A stretch of DNA of 64,000 nucleotides, taken from the NCBI GenBank assembly GCA_004022145.1, contig RCNU01000017.1. One strand, written 5' to 3'. Positions 55,088 through 64,000 of the stretch are shown one piece after another. The notes below the pieces were generated by a model, which was not told the origin of the DNA, did no database searches, and saw nothing but the letters and a program-made list of their open reading frames with translations. Numbering within the stretch: position 1 is the first letter of the stretch; every line of letters begins with the position of its first letter. Source of the DNA: Paecilomyces variotii (Eukaryota). The position numbers and the translations under genes are program-made.

Positions 55088-55459
55088 TATAAAGAGCTAG
55101 GGTGAGAAAGCTCTTTATTAGAGGTAACTAGTCGGACTAGTTAAACAGAATATAAGATAAGAGATAGAGACGCAGGCGAGTAGCTGTCTATACATAATAG
55201 AGTTAAAGGTTAGGTTCAGTGGTAATTAGAATAAATTACTAATTTATCTAATTTCTATTCTTTTAGGGGTTATTTATCTATCTATCTGTTCTACTAGATT
55301 ATCTAAATAACCTAGTCTTTAACAGCTCTATCTATAACTAGCTAATCTAATTATTATATATAGATCTAGTTATCTTATTATCCTTTGTTATCTATTCTAG
55401 GTTATCTATCCTAGGTCTTAGCAGGTCCAGATCGGGTATTGTAGCCCTAGTTTATGACA
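55088..55459 (-). repeat. 5' LTR of A-right
   Basis: Begins TGTCATAAACTAGGG on the minus strand. Confidence 0.96.
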
Positions 55460-58400
55460 ATATTATTTAATTATGCTAGTGTTGCTATAACAGCATATAT
55501 TAAGCATATTAATATTAGGTATCTTATTAAGTCTAGAAATTATTATTTCTGTCTATTCTTATAGTTCTATAGTATTTCTCTTACTTAAATATTATAGTAA
55601 AGTCTTAGTCTTTTTTATAGAGTAGATTATTCTGCTAGCTATATATTTAATTATATAACTATAATATAGCCTTTATCCTTATTATTAGGCATAAAGATAC
55701 TTATTAACAATATATTAATAGTTAATAATAATATAGGATAAGCGGTAGTCTGCACTAAATAAAAGAGATTAAGCTAATACTCTGCTAGAGTTGGCTATAG
55801 GTATAGTATAAGGATAAAATAGGTAAAATATTGCTAGTACTAGCTAAGTAGGCTAATACCCCCTCTTCTAATAATAAATATAAAGAACCCTTAGTAATTT
55901 TATTCTTATATTCTTTTATCAGCTCTAGCGTATCTCTGAGATTATTAATATTATATTATATATTATATTTTAGTCTTTAGCCTTTCTATTAGACTAGATA
56001 TTCTATTATAATATATTAGCAATAATATTAGATATACTTATCTATAAGCTTCTTAATTTTATAAATCCTTATATTATCTTTTTTTATATATAGTGCCGGC
56101 AGCAGTTATAGCTATCTATTAAAAGAGTTATCCCCTGGCAGAGCCGGCTTTAAGTATACTATTAAGAATATATTATATACTCTCTAATATAGTAGTAGCT
56201 CTAGCTTATATACTAATTTTCTTATATATTAAATTACCTTAAAAGGTCTAATATACTATTGTAAAAGCTTCCTTCCTAATACCTTTATTACTGGTATTAA
56301 ATAGCCTTTATAAAGATATAGATAGACTTAATTACCGGGCATAAAGGCAATATAAAAATATTGCTAGTTATAATATTACTTAACTAATATAGCCGCTATT
56401 TTAATAGCTTCTCTTGCATTAATTCTATATATAAAGCTCTATTCTAGTTCTATATTATATATAAGGTCTATAGATATAAGTAGCTTAATGCTATATACTA
56501 GCTAATATAGCATATATTTTATAGATGCACTTTTGCTGCTATTAAAAGCCTTTTATAGCTATAATAATACTAAGGGCTAGTCTATTAGAGTATTTAGCGC
56601 GCTGAAGAAATACCTAAGAGCTATTTTTACTTACTAGTTTATACGCTCTAATTATTTATCTATTTATAGGTAAAATGCTATAGAAAATAATAGCTAAATA
56701 TTTAAGCATTTAAAAAGTTCCTTCTATAAGTTAAATAAAAATTTAGGGTCTCTGTCAGAGACAATTTTCTGTAATAAACCTTAGTCCCTAATATATAAAT
56801 ATTCCAGTAGGGCTGCTGCCTAATTAGCTGCAATCTAAGTAGCTTTTCTTAGAATAAATATTATTCTCTTAGTAAACTTACACATTATTAATATAGCTTA
56901 ATTAAGGCTATTTCTTATTTTAGGCAGGCCTATAATAAAGTTAATAATTAGTATATTAAATAGGATTAGTAGTATTATAATAGGCTGCATAGACTTAAAG
57001 AGCTAGTATTAATATATCTAATTTACTATATATTTAGGGCAGTAGGCAATATAATCCTATACTAGCTTAAATGCCTTATAAATAGCTAAGCTATTTAGTC
57101 TATTTAGTATCTTATTAACTCTAGGATAATTAACTTAGTTATAAGCGAGCTATAGTATCTCTAGGACTACTAATTATAGAATATATAGATATTAATATCT
57201 ATTATACCTATTAACTAAATATAAAAGACTATCTTCTATCTTATATAGTAGTATTACCTCTAGTTTATTCTATAGATTATTTAAAATTTTACTCTATTTA
57301 GAATCTGTTTAATAGCCCTTTACTACTTTCTCCTTAAACATAGGGCTTATCTTAACTAGGGAGATATAATAAATATCTGTATTATTATTAATATTGGTAA
57401 TAAAGATATCTGTATCTTTAATATCCTCTAGTAGAGAAGCATATAGTTCTACTATAATAAATAGTAAATATAACAGTATATTTAGCACTATATTAGTTTT
57501 ACCGGGCTTATAAATAAGATTTAAGTTAAACTATTAGATATATTATACTATAAGGACTAGATATAAGTTAGTCTGCTCTATTAAACTAGATTTTAGTATA
57601 ATCTACTTAACTATTACTAAGATAGCGCTATAATCTATAAACACTATAATAGTTAATTTTAATACCTTAATAAGATAGCGTATCTTCCTAAGTATTTATA
57701 CTAAGTATATGACCTCTAATTCTGTTAGCTAGTATCTTATTTCTACTAAGTTTAACTGCCTTAATAAGAACAGAATTGGCTATATTTTTAACCTGCTTAA
57801 TATTACCTTAGCTAGCAGGCTAGCTGCTAAAAGATAATATTTATCTGCTAATATTTTATTATATAAGTAGTATACTATTACACTAAGACTATATCTTAAT
57901 ATATCTGCCTTAAAGCCGCCTACCGCATTAAGATTAATATAAAATAGCCTATTTAGCAAGAAATAGGCTAAAAAAGATAAATCCTAGAAATATTATTTAA
58001 TTTCTTAGAATAACTATAGCTCTTATTTAATTAGAAGGTCTATTTAGATATTTATTATAAATTTCTAGCGCAGCTTATCCTTAATAAAACTAGAATATAA
58101 TAATAATATCTTATAGTCCTATAAAGGGCCGGCAATAATTATATATCCTAATATATACTAGCGGAACTATTCTATAAGGGCAAAAAAATACTTAAGATTC
58201 TTTAAAGTAGTAGGAAACAATAGGTCTATTATAGTCTTTATCTTCTCTTCTAGATTAGCTATATTAAAGGCATTAACCTATTAATCTAATAGTATTACTA
58301 AGGGAAATCTAATAAAGGATTTCTTAAGATTTAGTACGATATTAAGCTCCTATATAGTTAAAAAGAGTATATACAGATACTCCTTATAATTATTTAGTAT

Positions 58401-61400
58401 CTTTAAAGCTATAACTAGATTATCTATATAGATATAAATAAATTCCCAGAATTTCTGCAGGTAATAGTCTATAATCTATTAGATATAAGTAGGTATATTA
58501 CAAAATCCTATTACAGCTATATTAAAAACCTCTTAACCCTAATAGCTAACTACTACTAGTTACAATTAATAGGGTAGGAATACTTTCTACTAGTAAAAAA
58601 AGGAGATCGCGTTACAAACTAAGATAAATAGCTTTCCCGCTATTATTGCCAAAATTTTATCCTATAGTAGAATAGAATAGATATCGGGTTCTATCTCTTA
58701 ATTTAGTGCGCAAATATCTACTATAACATACCCTTTTTATATCTATTAGCTATTCTTTTCTACTATTTTCTAAATAACAAAGATTAAGTATCTAGTAGGC
58801 ATATAGCCATTAGCCTATTCTATACAACCTAGATTATACAGCTTATTAAAGGTATTATCTATAACTTTTTAGTCCGCTAATCCTAATAGGTAAACCTTAG
58901 ATTAATATAAGAGCTAAGCTTCTTAACCTTTCTTTAATAATATCTATATCTATTAGTCTTCTAGAATATTAGTAAAGCTATAGTTATCCTATATATTATA
59001 TAATTTAATAATATGCTATAGTTAATTAATAATATCCTTATCTTTATAAATAATAATACCTTTTACTGTAATATGCTTTAGGCTTAATTCATATATTATT
59101 TCTAAGGTTAGTCTGCTATATCCTTTCTGTAAAGCTTCTACTAGAAATACTATTATAAAGTTAATTATAAAAGCATTTATTTTATCTAATTTACTAAATA
59201 TACTTAATTATATTTTTTATAGGATTGCCTATAATTACCCTAAAAAGTTAAATACTTAAATAAATATTACCTTTATATTAACTATATATAAGAATAACGC
59301 GATATAATTATAGCATAGATTAAAGAGATAATCTCTATTATTAATTAAATTGCCTTTTACTTTAACTAGCAATTATATACTAGATCTTAGCAGTATTACT
59401 ACCTACTAAGCTAGATAGATAGATTAAGGTATATAATACCTTAGTTTTACTATAATTTTTATTAGTATTATTACTTTTTAGCAGGCATTAATTACTGCTA
59501 TACTAGTGCCTAAATTAAGTATAAACTTATATAATATAAGAATATCATTATTTATAAGGATATTTGCTCTTAGCCTATTAACTAAATATACTTCTATCTC
59601 TAATCTAGCCTTAACCTTTTAGCTGTTAAAGATAATAGGCAGATTAACTAAAAGTTAGATAAACTAAGTAAATAATATAGCTATATTATTAATACCCCTA
59701 ACTATAATCTCTAATATATCTTATATCGCTAGATATAGGGCTTATTATTATAAGAACTGCCTATTAATAACTATTATAGAGCAACTACTATCTAAACAGA
59801 TAATAGTATATTCTTAAGATTCTATTATATATACTAATACTTTAGCATAATACTATCCCCTAAAGAAATATCTAGTGCCTATTTATAGCTATATTAGGGC
59901 TATAGAATACACTATCTATAATATTTTATTCCTGGCTATTATAGGCATCTGTAATATTACTGTTATTTTACTATATTTAAATTATATACTCTAAAGGTAT
60001 TAATATAGTTTATTATTTAATTTAAATTTATATAAGCATATATAGCATTCTTATATAGGGGCTTCTAGTTAAATATAGTATATAACCTAGTTATAATTAT
60101 TATCTCCTATATAATCCACTAGATCTTTAGTATACTTAACACTGTTAACTAGCCTATCTTTATACTTAGTGCCTTTATATTCTATATAATATATACCTTA
60201 GTAAAACCTATCTATAAAAGAACTGGTTTATCTATAATTAGCATCTATTTATAATATAAATAGCAGAGCCCCTACTCCTAATTATCCTAGCTTATTATTA
60301 ATATATGCATTATATACTTATTAGGGAATAGCATTACTTTAGTTTAGTTAGTCTTAATTTAGTATAAATAATTATTAGGCCCTATTATAGTTCTATAAGA
60401 ATACTTATTAAATAATAATACCTTAATTTACCTAGTTATAGTTTTATACAAATAGCGCTTAAAAAGATATAGAGAATCTACCTTTTCTACCTTTTTTATT
60501 AATAAATTATCTTATCTAATCTTAAGGAATATTAGCTATAGGCCTTATATCTAAAGATTATTACTATAGTTATAGCCTTAGGTTAAGTTATCCTTAATTA
60601 CTATAGCAATATACTTAATATAGCGGCGCCTATAGATAGCCTTAATTATTATATCTATAATTACTATACTAATTATATTATCCTGACTATTAATTATTCT
60701 CTAAATTAGCCTAGTCCTGCTATATTATATAGGCCTTATTTATTAATTCTATAAACTATATTAATAATATATTCTTATTAGGATAAATAAGGTCTTTTTA
60801 TATATATAGGGAGAACTTTATCTATACTGAATAAAACTATATATAAGTTATACTAGATTCTATCGCCTTATACAGCTAGATAATTATCTATATAAAGTTC
60901 TATAATATAATTTTATTCTGTATATTAGCTATAAAGTATAATATTTTTTCTAGCTTATATACTATAATACCTATATTAACCTTAAATTGCTTTAATAATA
61001 GCAGAATCTAAGCTTCCTTAACTAAATATACTTATAAACTGTCCCATTTAAATTTAGAAAGCTTTGCTATATATTATTATAATACTTATCCCTTAAGAAA
61101 TATATAGATCTATAGCTAGACTAACTTATTACCCTTAATTAAGATAAAGTCCCAGATATATTTAATAAATAAGTAAATATCTCTATAAAATATCTAGCTA
61201 CTAATAGTTATTATTAGTCCTATTCTTATATATTTATAATCCTTTAAATCTAGTTAAAAGAACCTAAGTTCTTCCTACTTCTAGAAGGCTAAGCTATTTA
61301 AATATAATCCTATTAGTATAGTTATAGTATTGCTAGCAATATTCTAATTATTATTATAATTATTGCCTAATATAGAGTAATTTCTATTAGATTATATATC

Positions 61401-62530
61401 TTAACCCCGCTATTTACTAAGCTTATAAAAAATTCCCTAATTTTGCTTCGCTAGTTTTATTATAGTCTTAGTTATTATCTTATTTAATATAGCTATTATT
61501 TATATTATTTATATAAGCAGAGCATTAATATTTATTAAATTGGGATTAACTTCTATTAATAGCCCCGCCCTAATATTATTACCTATTTCTTTATCTTTAA
61601 TTAATAGCAATATAGTATTATATATAGGTCTTTTATTTTCTATACTATTTATTTCTCTATCCTATTATTAGTTAATTATAGTATTATCTTTACCTTACCT
61701 AGCTGTACTAAGCGGCAGTTATCCTATACTAAAGATTAAAGGACAGAAATTAGTTCTTAAATATAATAGTTTATTAAACTATATCTATAAAAATTCTAAG
61801 GAGATATTAGAGATATTTATAAGATATTTAAATATATAGTATTCCTAGCCTAGAAATATTAGGGTATTCCTTTAAGGGTTAGAGAAGGCCCTTATTTATA
61901 TTATATATAATAATAATATCTTAGAATAGCTATAGCCTAATAGATTAATTAGTTTTTATATTACTTTCTCCCCTAATAGTGCTCTTTACTCTTACTGCTA
62001 GGATAAGAAGATAAAATTACTAGCTAATATCTTTATTGCCCTGCAAAAACTGCTTATAGCCTAGTTTAAAATATTCTAATTAATTACCTAATCTATAGAA
62101 AATGAAAAATTTCCTGCCTATAGAATAACATTACCCCTAGATATAACTAAGTTAACTATAAGATAAGCTAATATTAAACTTCCTTTTAATACTAGGTAAA
62201 ATGAAATAATAAAGTTAATTAAGAATAAGATAACTTAGGGAAGCTAATTTCTATAGTTTAATTAGCTTACCTAGAAAGCTGCAAGCTAAAAGATAATTAA
62301 TATAATTTAAAAAGGGATTATAGGCAAGTATTAGGAGGGAGGGTTTAGATTATTAGAGGATATAAACATATAATACTATAAAGATACTAGTATTATCCTT
62401 ATTAAGATATATATAATAGATTCTCTATAAGATAATAGGATTAGTTAATTAAAGTCTAATAATCTTAAGGTCTTAAAGCTTAGGATAGAGATAATAGAGA
62501 TACCCTAATTAATTAAGATATATTACTATT

Positions 62531-62678
62531 TATAACTAGGCGAAGCTGTAGAGATATAGGAGGTAAGAAGATTAATTCCTCTAAACTAGGGATGCTGGTG
62601 CTAAATAGCTGCTAGAGCAATCTAATACTGCCGCTCCTAAGTAGGCGGTATACTTACGGCAGTACTATATCTATAATA
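62531..62678 (-). repeat. 5' LTR of element B (148 bp)
   Basis: Direct repeat of 46665-46812, followed by ATTCC. Confidence 0.93.
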
Positions 62679-64000
62679 ATTCCTTTTAAGTTATTTAGAG
62701 TCTCCTTAATTAAAGGCAGAGAATATTAGTTTTTAATAGTTATTATATTTAGGGCTTAATAATCTATATAGATCTATATCTCTCTACTAGGCTTCTTAAT
62801 AAATAGAATTAGAGATATAATAGGTAATAAGCTTAAATAGATAAATCTCTTTTTTAAGTTTTTTTTAATCTATTCTTTTAGGACCTTTAATTTATCTTAA
62901 GATATAATATATAAAGATTTAAAAAGGAGTAACTTCTCCTTTAATAACTTAATATTATAATTATAAGAATAATATAATAATAAGTATTTAGCCTTCTTAA
63001 AAAAAAGATATTAATATAATCTTTAAACTCCTTAGGCAATAAATAAGTAAAGTCTTTTTCTTAAACTTATTTAATTTTTAAAATAATATCTAGGTCCTTT
63101 AAAGTAATTATAAATATTTAAATATTTTTTTAAATATAAATAGAATAGGCGGCTAAAGAAATAAAGGCTATATTTCTCTCTTCTAATCTTTTAAGTTTTA
63201 GGAGTAAGTATTAAAATAAAGCTTTTAAGAGAATATTATATAAGGCAAATATTTTAATTAGCTTTAAGAATATATTATAATTCTTTTAATAATAATTATT
63301 ATTAAAGGCAATATTATAAATAATAAATTATAAATATAGGTTATAGTGCTTTAATTAGAAGAATCCTAAAATAATAAAATAATGCGCTAATTAAATAATA
63401 TAGAACTTAATATCTTTTTTAAAATAATTTTTAATTCTTATATCTATTTAGATATAATATATAATCTTCCTATTCTCTAATTCTCTTCTATTAAATATAT
63501 ATAGAGTAATTAAGCTTTTTAAAAGAATAAACTCTAATTTTTAATTTTTAACCTATTCTTAGTTTATAAATTTTTATTTTTTAGCTCTAATATTAAGTAG
63601 GGTATAAATTAATAAATAAATCTTTTTTTTTTCTTTTCTAATATTATAAACAGTATTATTAATTTTAATTATTATAAATATTTCTTAAGGTTAATTTTAT
63701 AAATAATAATAATAAAGATTTAAATAATATATAATTCTTAAGCCTAGCTATAATTTACTCTAGACTTATTTTTTTTTATTAAAGATTAACTAAGGGATAG
63801 ACTATATAAGTCTAAGAACTAAATTATTTAGGGAGTCTAAAGATAGGGTTTATATATAGCTATAGTCTAAATCTTTTAATAATTATTTAAATATAAATAA
63901 TTTCTAATATAATACTCTAGGAAGCTATATTAAAAATAAGTACTAGTTTTATAATATAATAGGCTATACTTTCTCCTACTCAGGCATCTAAAAATACTTA

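Larger units (their letters stand above)
48021..55459 (-). mobile_element. Ty3/Gypsy chromovirus family A, full-length right copy (7439 bp)
   Basis: 372-bp LTRs at 48021-48392 and 55088-55459 with TG...CA ends; TSD ATATT at 48016-48020 and 55460-55464; G8 PPT at 48397-48404. Confidence 0.96.
46665..62678 (-). mobile_element. Ty3/Gypsy chromovirus family B (~8.6 kb net), containing nested element A
   Basis: 148-bp LTRs at 46665-46812 and 62531-62678; TSD ATTCC at 46660-46664 and 62679-62683; poly-G PPT on the minus strand at ~46818-46830; protease CLDSGCS ~59770-59800; RT YIDD remnant 58419-58430; integrase IVSDRDPKF ~56740-56767; chromodomain ~55890-56070. Confidence 0.93.
43050..64000. other. 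AT-rich RIP-mutated nested retrotransposon block (right)
   Basis: Abrupt GC drop at ~43050; TpA-rich; three Gypsy elements resolved inside it. Confidence 0.95.
43493..64000 (-). mobile_element. Ty3/Gypsy family C (outermost), interrupted in RT by element B; 5' part runs off the window
   Basis: 3' LTR at ~43493-43726 with a purine tract inside it; integrase DRDPQF remnant at ~44620-44655; YLDD remnant at 46443-46454. De-RIPped RT reads continuously ...KNRYPLPLIKETLNNLK|GMKYFTKIDI... across 62684/46664. Confidence 0.88.

Overview
Filamentous ascomycete nuclear DNA (Eurotiomycetes-like, inferred from the proteins) with a two-compartment structure. A ~27.5 kb gene island (~15.55-43.05 kb) holds 12 recognisable, mostly intron-containing genes: RRD2, a DUF202 protein, an aldo-keto reductase, a DMT transporter, ARP2, a hydroxyacid dehydrogenase, a bZIP/DUF3425 factor, RIB1, SGF29, an SRPK-like kinase, PMI40 and SEC28, plus one orphan ORF. 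The island sits between two AT-rich blocks of RIP-degraded retrotransposons. The right block is a three-level nest of Ty3/Gypsy chromoviruses: element A (48021-55459, TSD ATATT) lies inside element B (46665-62678, TSD ATTCC), which lies inside the reverse transcriptase of element C (43493 to beyond 64000). The left block has a family-C LTR, a Ty1/Copia relic, and a second, internally deleted copy of A (6777-12525, TSD ATTAT) inside an unidentified relic. The most unusual signal is a ~410-codon antisense frame in A between pol and the 3' LTR (48803-50032). It begins MPPKRSKR and, once RIP is reversed, shows a Zn2Cys6-like cysteine cluster; two of the cysteines survive as TGT in the second copy. 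Element B may carry a comparable antisense ORF. All alignments and translations were done by eye.
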